Origin: a virus
IMG/VR virus record: IMGVR_UViG_3300022226_000004
Span: 1-64,000 of that record
Length of the DNA stretch: 64,000 nt
Reading direction: 5' to 3' (one strand)
Shown here: one piece after another, positions 41,708 through 50,179 of the stretch
Position numbering within the stretch: the stretch's first letter is position 1
Layout: every line of letters begins with the position of its first letter
The notes under the pieces: generated by a model
Databases searched by the model: none
Told to the model about the DNA's origin: nothing
What the model saw: the letters and a program-made list of their open reading frames with translations, nothing else
Made by a program: the position numbers and the translations under genes

Positions 41708-42568
41708 CTAATCCTGTAACGCGTAAACGAAGTCGCACCAAATTATCCTGGCTCCATTCGCGTTCTTCAAGATCGTTGAACTCGAGAAATTCGGGGTGAT
41801 GTTCAGTGCCTGGCCGCCCCATGTCGTCCATGTCGCCTCAAGTGTGTTGTCACTCCCAGGAGCAATCGTCGTAGGCTTGCCCCCAAAGGTAATAACACCG
41901 GGAATCTCGACCTGAAACCAACCCTGGTTCATGCCAGACGATGGGCTAATGTCACGCCAATCACGCACCTTGTGAGCAAAGCCAACCGTGTCGAAGAACT
42001 TAACCCGAATCCCCACCCTAACGTCATACAAGACCGATGGACTTCCACTCAACTGAGCCACCCAAAACGGAGTCTCAAAGTCCGTGTATTGCAAGCTGAT
42101 GCCAGGTTGTGGAGCTCCAGCAGGATGCCAAAACGTAGGCACCTCAACCCGAAATCCAGCAGTGTCAGTCACGCCAGGAGTTTGCACTGGGAAAGAGCTC
42201 GTGCAGGCATCCTGAAAAACACCGTTCAGATAGAACTCCTTGATCCATCCACCCCCAGCGCCAAATGGTGGGCTCAACGGTGCTCCACCAACCCACCAGT
42301 AATCCCGACGGTGCACCGAATTCGCCGGCACATTGACTTGGATGAAGCAGGGACTCCCATAATACGAAGTAGACTGATAATCCGTGGTGGTCGTGGACTC
42401 CGAATAGCTATTGCGATTGAATGCCAGGGTCTCCGTTTTCTTTTTGACGTTCCCAAAAGGTTGGTAGTAATCCTCCACCTGGAAACTCGTGACCGTCAAA
42501 ACCTCTAAATAACCGTCCGCCGCAACACTCATCGCGGCTAATGCTAGTAATGATACTAATTTCTTCAT
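41708..42568 (-). CDS. secreted beta-rich protein
   Basis: Sec signal MKKLVSLLALAAMSVAA at ATG 42568, overlapping the upstream stop. Confidence 0.65.
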   Translation of the reverse strand: MKKLVSLLALAAMSVAADGYLEVLTVTSFQVEDYYQPFGNVKKKTETLAFNRNSYSESTTTTDYQSTSYYGSPCFIQVNVPANSVHRRDYWWVGGAPLSPPFGAGGGWIKEFYLNGVFQDACTSSFPVQTPGVTDTAGFRVEVPTFWHPAGAPQPGISLQYTDFETPFWVAQLSGSPSVLYDVRVGIRVKFFDTVGFAHKVRDWRDISPSSGMNQGWFQVEIPGVITFGGKPTTIAPGSDNTLEATWTTWGGQALNITPNFSSSTILKNANGARIIWCDFVYALQD

Positions 42569-43041
42569 TTCTCTCTGTCTATTTGCTCTTGTTGCTTGAC
42601 TAATGTTCCAGACATCTTCGAAATCATGCCCCAAAGCTGTTTGTTGGTCAGCTTGCGGGCCAATGGATTCACCTGACATCTCCGATATACTTTCATTTTA
42701 TCTCCAAATGGAGTTATTACACCCCAATCGTAGTCCTCGCCCCTGGCTTTAAGAACCTCAGACATGGATGACGCGATTCTCTCCGCCAATTCGCGAGGGG
42801 CCAGATAATAACGCTGCCTAGTAGGCGGGATCAAGCTCACTTTGTGCTTCTTTGAGTCAGCATTGAAGTCACTCCATGTCCTCTTGACCTCAATCTCAAT
42901 AACATAGCACTTGTGGTTTACCCCAACCACGTCCGGGCGCCCAGCATGGTCAAAAACCCAGCGCTCTAACGCCACAATCTGGCATCTTCGGCGATACCGA
43001 AGCCATTTAAGAGCCGCGTGTTCTAGGCTTCCAAAGCCCAT
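42565..43041 (-). CDS. MmcB-like PD-(D/E)XK nuclease
   Basis: RPDVVG..IEIEVKRTWSDFNADSKK..RYYLAP..WGVI. Confidence 0.75.
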   Translation of the reverse strand: MGFGSLEHAALKWLRYRRRCQIVALERWVFDHAGRPDVVGVNHKCYVIEIEVKRTWSDFNADSKKHKVSLIPPTRQRYYLAPRELAERIASSMSEVLKARGEDYDWGVITPFGDKMKVYRRCQVNPLARKLTNKQLWGMISKMSGTLVKQQEQIDREK

Positions 43042-43234
43042 CAGGATGCTCCTGGGATAATGCTCCGAGATTCTCGCGAATATAGCGCCCAACAGGGCTG
43101 TCTGCGTCAAAATCCGGAGCAGTCCACAAATAATGAAGGTAAGGGGCCGGCACCTCCTGCATCAACTTGCCCTTGTGCTTGCCAAACGGCATGGGATCCA
43201 AGTCAGCAAGGGCTTTCATGGAAGTAATCTCCAC
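43007..43234 (-). CDS. DUF3820 / ExoX C-terminal-like small protein
   Basis: MPFGKHKGKLMQEVPAPYL. Confidence 0.75.
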   Translation of the reverse strand: MEITSMKALADLDPMPFGKHKGKLMQEVPAPYLHYLWTAPDFDADSPVGRYIRENLGALSQEHPDGLWKPRTRGS

Positions 43235-43563
43235 TTCATAATGATTCTAGCGTGGTTCGAACGCCTTCTGCTCTTCTGCCAACCCCAGAAATCCCACTTT
43301 CGTCCCTTGAAAATGGATCCAGCAGCATTCCCTAGGTCGCTCGCCGGCGTTCCCTCGGCCTCCAGAGCTTCAATCACGTCATCAGCACTCACTGTGGTTT
43401 GAATAAGCGCCAACCGCTCCGCAATCACCCTGGCTCTCTTCAAGGCATCATGCCTCTTGATCGCCGCTAACTCCATTCCCCGCTTCTTCAGCGCCTCTCC
43501 AAGCTCCAAATCCATTTGTTCAGTCATCGATGACCAAAATAACCTTTCCGCTTGAACAGTCAA
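43216..43563 (-). CDS. hypothetical phage protein
   Basis: SADDV..NAAGSIF..SRRRSNHAR..W pattern; start may be internal. Confidence 0.55.
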   Translation of the reverse strand: MTVQAERLFWSSMTEQMDLELGEALKKRGMELAAIKRHDALKRARVIAERLALIQTTVSADDVIEALEAEGTPASDLGNAAGSIFKGRKWDFWGWQKSRRRSNHARIIMKWRLLP

Positions 43564-43789
43564 GCGCTTTGTGCGAAACTTTTTTCATGGATTGGATACC
43601 TGCTCACGAAATACTCGAGCACCCAGAGTGCTTTTCGGACTCCATGGACATCGTCCCGCTGCTCTTGGCGTTCCCTGGAATGCGACACCCGGAAGTTGGG
43701 CGCTACACCTACACGGTCAATGAATTCTCTGTCATCGGGGCACCTGGCGACAGACGCCCAACTCACTTCATGCCCATGCCAAAGATGCC

Positions 43790-44062
43790 GTGAAAGCGTT
43801 TGAAGTTTGGTTCGGGCCTGCCAGAAGCCATCGGTTCGCCAATCAGTCAGCTATCATGATCGGCGAAACAAGGGAAAAAGCCAAATACCAGTTCTTCCTG
43901 CAGGCCAAGAAGATGGGAACCGTCACCAAAATAACGGAAATCCATGTCCGAAGACGCAAAGACATGGACCGCATCATCGGAAAAGTCACTCCATACAGGA
44001 GCTATACTCATCAATTCGCGACCAAAATCTTGCTCCAAACACGCAGAACGACACTGTCATGA
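43790..44062 (+). CDS. hypothetical protein
   Basis: 90 aa, GTGA overlap with the upstream plus-strand ORF. Confidence 0.5.
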   Translation: MKAFEVWFGPARSHRFANQSAIMIGETREKAKYQFFLQAKKMGTVTKITEIHVRRRKDMDRIIGKVTPYRSYTHQFATKILLQTRRTTLS

Positions 44063-44228
44063 ACGCACTGCCCATGCCAGACCGTCAGCCCGACACCCCC
44101 GAAGCCGTAATTAAACAGATCTGGAAAAATCCTTGCCCTGCTTGCGGAGCCCAGTCCATGGAAGACTCGGAAATAAGATGCCAGACAGGTTACGTCTGCC
44201 TGGCATCAGAACAAAGGGCCTTGGAAGA

Positions 44229-44504
44229 TCAGACCTGAATAATCTGAAGGTTCGTGGGAGCGGGAATCACGAGCGTAATAACGCCCTGGGCCGGCACACT
44301 CTCGTTGAATTGAGCGTCAATCGCCGCAACCTCCACCTCATAGGTCTCGTTCACGTTTAACCCAGCAATCATTTTCAGCCTGTCAGTCTTCGCCACTGAT
44401 GTCTCCACCCAGGTCGGAGCACCTTGAATGCGGTGCCTAACCTTGAATTGAGCAATGAATTGCTCGTCCGATGCCTTGTAGTTCCATGTTACTTGCGCGT
44501 TCAT
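44229..44504 (-). CDS. stand-alone fibronectin type III domain protein
   Basis: VTW..F.VRHR..W..IAGLNVNETYEVEVAAID..NES..PAPTNL. Confidence 0.75.
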   Translation of the reverse strand: MNAQVTWNYKASDEQFIAQFKVRHRIQGAPTWVETSVAKTDRLKMIAGLNVNETYEVEVAAIDAQFNESVPAQGVITLVIPAPTNLQIIQV

Positions 44505-44510
44505 CCAAAG

Positions 44511-44538
44511 AGATTACGAGCAAGGAACCCCTTGTCAA
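44511..44538 (-). promoter_or_regulatory. sigma70-like promoter, probably leaderless, for the FN3 gene
   Basis: TTGACA-16-TAATCT, ATG 6 nt downstream. Confidence 0.6.
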
Positions 44539-44680
44539 CAACGTTCAACCCTCCAGCCCTTTTTGTCGCAATACGCCTTCACCTCTCTTCCCGACCAACC
44601 CCTCATGTAGCGAATTATCGGAGCCGCTCTGACTACCTTGCCACGCCTGATCTCGCCGCCAGCAACAAAATGAGAAGCCG

Positions 44681-45544
44681 TTACACGGAATCCGATGGCA
44701 CCACGTTCATCCACTTGATGCAGTCCTTGATCAACGCGTAAGTCTCCGACACATCAATACCGTAACTCCTGATCTTCCGGTTCGATAAAATGCACTGACT
44801 CCTGGGCGCAAAACATTGCTCACGATACTCTCTCTCGCTAAACCAATACTTCCACTTCTTGTTCGAGTAAGCGCCAGCATCCTTGAATAACCCGACAATC
44901 TCACTCGGCCGCACAGCCCCAGTGTTCACCACGTTGTAAATCCCGCAAGGCACGTTCTTCGTAATGCATTGAAGCGCCGCCGTCACAGCCTCCCCTAAAT
45001 GACTCAATGAATTAGGAACCTCCACCAACTTGTCATACCCCAGGATCTTCATTAAGAAGTTCCTTGGGTTGTTGCTGCCATCAAACGGAATCCTGATCCG
45101 CCACATCCATACTTGCTTGCCTAGAAGTAGCTCCTCCGCCTGCGCCTTGCACCCAGAATAAAAACTGGAGCCAGTCCGAAACGTGAAATTAGGGGGATCC
45201 TCCTCCGTGAAGGTGCCGGGGCCATCGTAAATACATCCAGTCGAAACATGCCCCATCGGAATGCCAGCCTTCTCACACGCGTCAGATACCGCCAACGGAA
45301 GAACAACGTTGGAACGAAAACACTCGATCTTGTTGTCCTCGCATGCATCAACGTTCGGCTTCCCAATGTAACCCGCCGCGTTGATCACGGCTTCAATCTC
45401 TGAATGCTTTTCCAGGAAATTAAACACACGTTGAGAATCACAGAAGTCCATGTGCTCCCTGGTAAGCCCAATGCCTCGCTGACCAAGCTGCTTCAAAAAC
45501 TCCTGGCCAACATACCCATTGCCTAACACCAAAATCTTGTCCAT
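44681..45544 (-). CDS. NDP-4-keto-6-deoxyglucose 3,5-epimerase/4-reductase (RmlD/NRS-ER-like)
   Basis: GNGYVG, NAAGYIGKPNVDACE, STGCIY, SFYSGCK (YxxxK), RIRIPF, PNSLS. Confidence 0.85.
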   Translation of the reverse strand: MDKILVLGNGYVGQEFLKQLGQRGIGLTREHMDFCDSQRVFNFLEKHSEIEAVINAAGYIGKPNVDACEDNKIECFRSNVVLPLAVSDACEKAGIPMGHVSTGCIYDGPGTFTEEDPPNFTFRTGSSFYSGCKAQAEELLLGKQVWMWRIRIPFDGSNNPRNFLMKILGYDKLVEVPNSLSHLGEAVTAALQCITKNVPCGIYNVVNTGAVRPSEIVGLFKDAGAYSNKKWKYWFSEREYREQCFAPRSQCILSNRKIRSYGIDVSETYALIKDCIKWMNVVPSDSV

Positions 45545-45681
45545 CAAAACCAAAGTGCTTGACCCCCTTGCCTTAGTCAAGAAAAAGGCCCTGGGTGTCC
45601 CTCTCCCAGGGCCGAAACGAACGACCTCCATTGGATCTCTCCAACACTGTTAGCCTCGGTGATCCCATGAAATTTGTCCAC

Positions 45682-45731
45682 AAAAAAAAGGCCGCTCACC
45701 GAAGACTCCCCAGCCAATTCAGTAAGCGGCC
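45682..45731 (-). terminator. intrinsic terminator
   Basis: 14-bp stem GGCCGCTTACTGAA / TTCGGTGAGCGGCC (with G-U) followed by T8 on minus. Confidence 0.8.
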
Positions 45732-45825
45732 CGCTTCGCGTTGAGCAACGCCAAGATGAAAAATTAAACCGTAGGCCTAGACAAGTGAGAGCCTTTGGCC
45801 TACGGTGGTGACTGATTATGAAACC
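45682..45825 (-). ncRNA. candidate ~140-nt sRNA divergent from the initiator-like gene
   Basis: TTGACA(45855-60)-17-GATGCT promoter, 10-bp hairpin, terminator, no ATG in the transcript. Confidence 0.45.
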
Positions 45826-45876
45826 GGGATGAGCATCGCTCACCGGCTTCAGAGTGTCAACCACCAAAAAAAGAAA

Positions 45877-46572
45877 ATGACTACAAGAGAAGCACTATTG
45901 GAGCTGATCACCTCAGCTACCGAACCTACCAAAATCGTGACCTACGATATGGCTGACAAACTCGGCGTCAGCCAAAACGCCGTTTTCAGGGCTCTGAAAA
46001 AACTCGTCAGAGACGGGCAGATCAAGCAGGTCGGACCCTCATTGTTCGCAAACCAGTCAACCAGGGTCGAAGAAGGTGTTGTTACGCCTGTTGTTACGCC
46101 TGTTGTTACGCCTGTTGTTACGCCTGTTGTTACGCCTGTTGTTACGCCTGTTGTTACGCCTGTTGTTGAAGGTGTTGTTGAAGGTGTTGTTGACCAACCT
46201 AAGCCGCTTGGCCCCAACACCTTGGAGTCAGGCAGGTTGATAGACGCCGATATTCCGCAAGACCAGTTGGCAACCATGACCAAAGCCGAGCTCGATGAAG
46301 TGATTGCCAGCGGCCCAGAAAGGCACCAGCTGCTATGCTTGAAGGAAAAACAACGCAGAAAACAAGCACAGGACCTCACCAAACTCCCGCAAGGCATGAC
46401 CCTCGATCAATTCTACCGCCAGGAAAACAAGGAGATCTCCAAGAAAAAGGTCGATAGGCTCATCGAAACCATGACCGATGACCCAAAATACGCTGATACC
46501 CTCGGAGTTTGGGCTGTTCCAAATATCACGGAAAGAAAACTCACCCTCCCGGCCCCAGAACCCAAGAACTAA
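45877..46572 (+). CDS. winged-HTH replication-initiator-like protein with internal repeats
   Basis: YDMADKLGVSQNAVFRALKKLVRDGQI followed by (TPVV)7. Confidence 0.55.
   Translation: MTTREALLELITSATEPTKIVTYDMADKLGVSQNAVFRALKKLVRDGQIKQVGPSLFANQSTRVEEGVVTPVVTPVVTPVVTPVVTPVVTPVVTPVVEGVVEGVVDQPKPLGPNTLESGRLIDADIPQDQLATMTKAELDEVIASGPERHQLLCLKEKQRRKQAQDLTKLPQGMTLDQFYRQENKEISKKKVDRLIETMTDDPKYADTLGVWAVPNITERKLTLPAPEPKN
46072..46191 (+). repeat. 12-bp tandem repeat array
   Basis: GTTACGCCTGTT x7 (46081-46164) flanked by GAAGGTGTTGTT variants. Confidence 0.95.
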
Positions 46573-47180
46573 TGCCCCCTGAGATCCATCTCGTTAAAAC
46601 CCAACCACTTATCACAACGGCTGATGTCACTGAAATCTGGAAACGAAATAAGGGCGTCCATACCAAAATCTTTGAGATCGCGAGACTCATGAAGCAAAGA
46701 TCTAGCTACGAACCAAGCTGGCCCGAATTCGAGCTGACCGCCCGCACGATCATCAAGTTCTTTGAAACCATCCCTGAAATGCTGGACAGCGAGTTCAATG
46801 ACCTGGAACTCCTGGCGAATCGCCTCAATAGAGACTTCACCAAGGTCATGATCCCAACCAATTTCTGGGAAGAATGGCTCACAATACACGAAAACCCTCA
46901 CCCTGTTGCCCGCGTCTTCTTCCATGATCGTTGCATGTATCGCTCCTTAGCCAACTTCGTGGAACTAGCGAGTGCCAGAAGAAAGAGCTTCCCAATGCCT
47001 CAATACCAAATCGCAGCGCTCTTGAAACGCCCAAGATCTAATGTCCGCGATAGCATCGATCTCCTTCTAACTAAGAAAGTTATAGCAAAAACCAGGGCCG
47101 CAATCCCAAAGACCAGGGCCGCAGAATACAGCCTCGATCGGAACTGGATCCCACTATGCTCAGAAAACCACGCCACATAG
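46572..47180 (+). CDS. protein with C-terminal wHTH (replication-associated?)
   Basis: FPMPQYQIAALLKRPRSNVRDSIDLL..RAAEY; TAATG coupling. Confidence 0.5.
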   Translation: MPPEIHLVKTQPLITTADVTEIWKRNKGVHTKIFEIARLMKQRSSYEPSWPEFELTARTIIKFFETIPEMLDSEFNDLELLANRLNRDFTKVMIPTNFWEEWLTIHENPHPVARVFFHDRCMYRSLANFVELASARRKSFPMPQYQIAALLKRPRSNVRDSIDLLLTKKVIAKTRAAIPKTRAAEYSLDRNWIPLCSENHAT

Positions 47181-47266
47181 AGAAACCCCGCCGCATAGAG
47201 CGATGACAAAAACCACGCCCTCAGGACCCCTCATGAATCTCCAGGACCCCTCAGGAATCTCCAGGA
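47164..47266 (+). repeat. iteron-like direct repeats
   Basis: AAACC(A/C)CGCC x3 then CAGGACCCCTCA(T/G)GAATCTC x2 plus a partial copy, 20-bp period. Confidence 0.8.
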
Positions 47267-47336
47267 TAGGAGGTGTGGAGGAAAGGCCATCTTTTGTCCA
47301 ACGGACGCTAGCTCATTTGCCATAAAAACCAAAACC

Positions 47337-47525
47337 ATGAAATGTCTCATCATCGGTTCCAGAAACGGGAAGATCACCGACGTAGGCCTAGTCGATCACG
47401 ACAAATGGTTCCATCTCAACCCCCCTGGCGTAGATCGCCTCACCATCATCGATGACTTCAACCCCCTTGACTGGACTAACTCCAGGATCTTCCAAGCCTG
47501 GGAAACCTTGAATCACCTTGACTAA
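47337..47525 (+). CDS. small protein, paralog A
   Basis: Aligns with 47943-48134. Confidence 0.6.
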   Translation: MKCLIIGSRNGKITDVGLVDHDKWFHLNPPGVDRLTIIDDFNPLDWTNSRIFQAWETLNHLD

Positions 47526-47552
47526 CCCAACCACCTAAGCCGCACTCAACCC

Positions 47553-47840
47553 ATGAGTCGTAAATTCAACGAAGGAACTGAGTTCACCGTCAGAAACTCA
47601 AAGTCAACCTACCGAGTCTCTCATCGCTTCGGAAACAAGATCGTCGTTACCGCACTCGACGAACACGGCGATACCCACTTCGAAGTCATGGTCGTCCGAA
47701 CCCATAAACACGACCACACCCTAGAAAACCGGGTCGTCCACCTCGCCGGCGATGAGTTCCTCCCTTCGCCCAACGAATGGGGAACCTACGGATGGACTCC
47801 CACATCCCTGAATCGCGCTCTACAAATCGCTCAGGAATAG
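47553..47840 (+). CDS. hypothetical protein
   Basis: 95 aa; LPSPNEWGTYGWT. Confidence 0.6.
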   Translation: MSRKFNEGTEFTVRNSKSTYRVSHRFGNKIVVTALDEHGDTHFEVMVVRTHKHDHTLENRVVHLAGDEFLPSPNEWGTYGWTPTSLNRALQIAQE

Positions 47841-47942
47841 CCTTTCTTCGTGTATGCACCCACCATATTTTCCATTTGAAGACACCAAGGGTATCTTTTC
47901 ATGATCCCAGCCATCCAAACGCTTAAAGGCGAAAGCACTGAA

Positions 47943-48134
47943 ATGAACCTTCTAATCGCTTCCAAAAACGGGGAAATCACGTCTGTCCTCGCTCTCCAAA
48001 TCCCTTGGATACCAACCTTCAACCCAAACCTCTGTGACCGCATCACCTTCATCCAAAACTTCCGCCCCGGTGACTGGACCAATTCTCCCGTCCTCAAAAT
48101 CTTCTCAGACGCCTTCCCTTCAACTAGCCATTAG
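47943..48134 (+). CDS. small protein, paralog B
   Basis: SKNGEITSV..NP..DRIT.I..F.P.DWTNS pattern shared with paralog A. Confidence 0.6.
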   Translation: MNLLIASKNGEITSVLALQIPWIPTFNPNLCDRITFIQNFRPGDWTNSPVLKIFSDAFPSTSH

Positions 48135-48254
48135 TATGTGTGAGAGGGACCCATTATACTGAAAAGCGACTACCCCCCTTACCCCTCCCCCTACCGGGTT
48201 GTAGATATACTTGTCGATTACGCAAGTAACCTAATGGCAGCACGTTACAAAAGT

Positions 48255-48872
48255 CTCCCTTGACTAGATCCTATTCGTCGAGTTAGGGAGCTGCAGCGAT
48301 TTCAGGCTCATTGGAGCAGAACGAAGTCAACGTAAACGAAAGTTTGCAAGGCCAGACAGGAGTCTGCAAACCAAGCAAACCCAAATGCTGGACGCCACTA
48401 GCATGGGGTTGATCAGAATCGGATGGCCAAGCGGCCGCGACGTTGAATCACGTATCTCTCGACTTCGCTCTATCTGAGAGCAATGAGACGCGAGGAGCAC
48501 GCAAGCCAAGATCCGAGGGCGCCAACTGCTGGAAGTGTTGGTTGCACGCGACGAGAAGATCGCCAGCCACTAGGTGTGGGCCGAAACGAGTCGAGAGACT
48601 GCCGGTGAACTAGGTTTATCCTAGCATGAGCGAAGCGGGGCGTGACGTAAAGGTTAGGTGTAGTGAGCACGGGAGTCGGGAGACAAGCCTCTCACGGATT
48701 CAATGGAACGGGTTAAAGGCCAAAGGGCTTGCTTATGGTGAGCCGGTCAACCAAGAGCGGAACAGTGGTTCAAGACTGCAACAAGATTCCGCCAAGGGAA
48801 AGGCCTTTGTTCAACCGTTCCTTGAACCGAGTCGCAGAAAGCAAGTCATGGTGACAAGCGGGCGATTCGGTT
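48255..48872 (+). ncRNA. candidate large structured non-coding RNA (~620 nt)
   Basis: Nested long-range helices and many local hairpins including a GAAA tetraloop; G-U pairs favour the plus strand. Confidence 0.6.
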
Positions 48873-48884
48873 ACAAGGAATGAT

Positions 48885-49352
48885 ATGAACGCTATTGTAA
48901 GATCCAAGGTCCAAGAGAAATCCATCAAGATTGGCCGACGCGAGGTTCCGCTGAACGATTGCCTAGTGACGCGAGTGACTGCGACAGGAGCCGCGTCATT
49001 GGTTCCGATTAGTCGCAAGGCATTGCGTGAGCGGAATGATTTGACGGCATCGGAGGCCAAGCGGGCGCATCGCGAGGTTTGCATTCATTTAAAGCAAGTG
49101 CAAGCTGGTGTTTTCGCGTCACTATCGGCGAACAGTGATTTCGTGGGGCTTGGGTTCAAGCAGAACGCGAAGGGTAATCGCATCAGTTTTGAGCTCGAGC
49201 ATCGCCTTCCTGAATCGGAGCAATCATCGCGAGCCATCCGCCTAGCGGAGGACAACGCAATGCTCAAGGAGGACAATGAAGTGTTGGCGGCCAAGTTGGA
49301 GGCCATGGAGAAGATGTTACGCGACGCCGGGCTTTTGAAAGACAAGGCCTAG
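48885..49352 (+). CDS. first early gene, hypothetical with C-terminal coiled coil
   Basis: AAGGA immediately after the last predicted RNA helix. Confidence 0.65.
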   Translation: MNAIVRSKVQEKSIKIGRREVPLNDCLVTRVTATGAASLVPISRKALRERNDLTASEAKRAHREVCIHLKQVQAGVFASLSANSDFVGLGFKQNAKGNRISFELEHRLPESEQSSRAIRLAEDNAMLKEDNEVLAAKLEAMEKMLRDAGLLKDKA

Positions 49353-49406
49353 CTCCAGGGTGTCCCTAACGACCAAGCCTAACGACTATGACAGCGAAAG
49401 GAAGTA

Positions 49407-49604
49407 ATGAAGTATTGTGTAACGTATAGAGTCGGTGAACGCATTCACGAGCGGATAGTAGAAGCGAACAGCTATGGGTGCGCCGAGGAACGTGTCATGG
49501 CGGACGAACCGGACGCCACGCACGTTGTGAGCGAAGAATACCACGGCTATGAAGGCTATGACCGGCATGACTGGTCAACGGCGATCACGAACTACTTGGA
49601 CTAA
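49407..49604 (+). CDS. early hypothetical protein
   Basis: AAAGGA upstream. Confidence 0.55.
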   Translation: MKYCVTYRVGERIHERIVEANSYGCAEERVMADEPDATHVVSEEYHGYEGYDRHDWSTAITNYLD

Positions 49605-49650
49605 CCTAAGCCCCTGACAGCCAAACCTAGAGACCACTGAAAGGAGAAGT

Positions 49651-49860
49651 ATGGACAAGCAAGAAAAAGCAAGGATGGACATTCGTTTATTAGCGGAGAG
49701 CGCGAAGCCGGAGCTAAGGGATTTCGCGATGTCGCGCATCAAGGAGCTCGACGAGTGCATTGGCATGCAGCGTGGCACGGAGCAAATCGTGGTCCACGGC
49801 TTCGCTTCGGAGCTTGATGCCATCGTGAGATATTTGGAGTGGAAAGGAGTAACATGGTAA
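49651..49860 (+). CDS. early hypothetical protein
   Basis: AAAGGAG upstream. Confidence 0.6.
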   Translation: MDKQEKARMDIRLLAESAKPELRDFAMSRIKELDECIGMQRGTEQIVVHGFASELDAIVRYLEWKGVTW

Positions 49861-49993
49861 AGAAGTATATAGTGATTGGCGTGCGCTTTGGCGAAACCCA
49901 AGCATGGATTTGCGAGGCCTCGTCCGAGTATCAGGCCCGCGAGAAAGCGAAGGCAAGTGGACTGTGTGTGACCCAAGTATTTGACTGCCCCTA

Positions 49994-50179
49994 ATGAAAA
50001 CCATGACCTACGAACAACAGAAGCAAGCGATACTTGCCAGTATGTCAGCGAGCTATTGGCTGAAGGAAGCCATTGAGCGGCTTGATGGGCGTGACCCATT
50101 GGATGCTCTGCAAGACGCGGAGATCCTCAAGACATTGCAGCACGTAAGGGCACTGGATCTGCTTAGAAAGGAGAAGTAA
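49994..50179 (+). CDS. small helical protein
   Basis: ASYWLKEA..RDPLDALQDAE. Confidence 0.6.
   Translation: MKTMTYEQQKQAILASMSASYWLKEAIERLDGRDPLDALQDAEILKTLQHVRALDLLRKEK

Noticed and set aside
46072-46191. CRISPR array
   Set aside because: Contiguous 12-bp units with no spacers, in frame within a CDS
48255-48872. RNase P RNA, tmRNA or group II intron
   Set aside because: No GAGGAAAGUCC, no tRNA-like ends, no domain V motif and no interrupted gene
48327-48883. Short ORFs overlapping the structured region
   Set aside because: No convincing SD or protein-like features; helix density explains the region better
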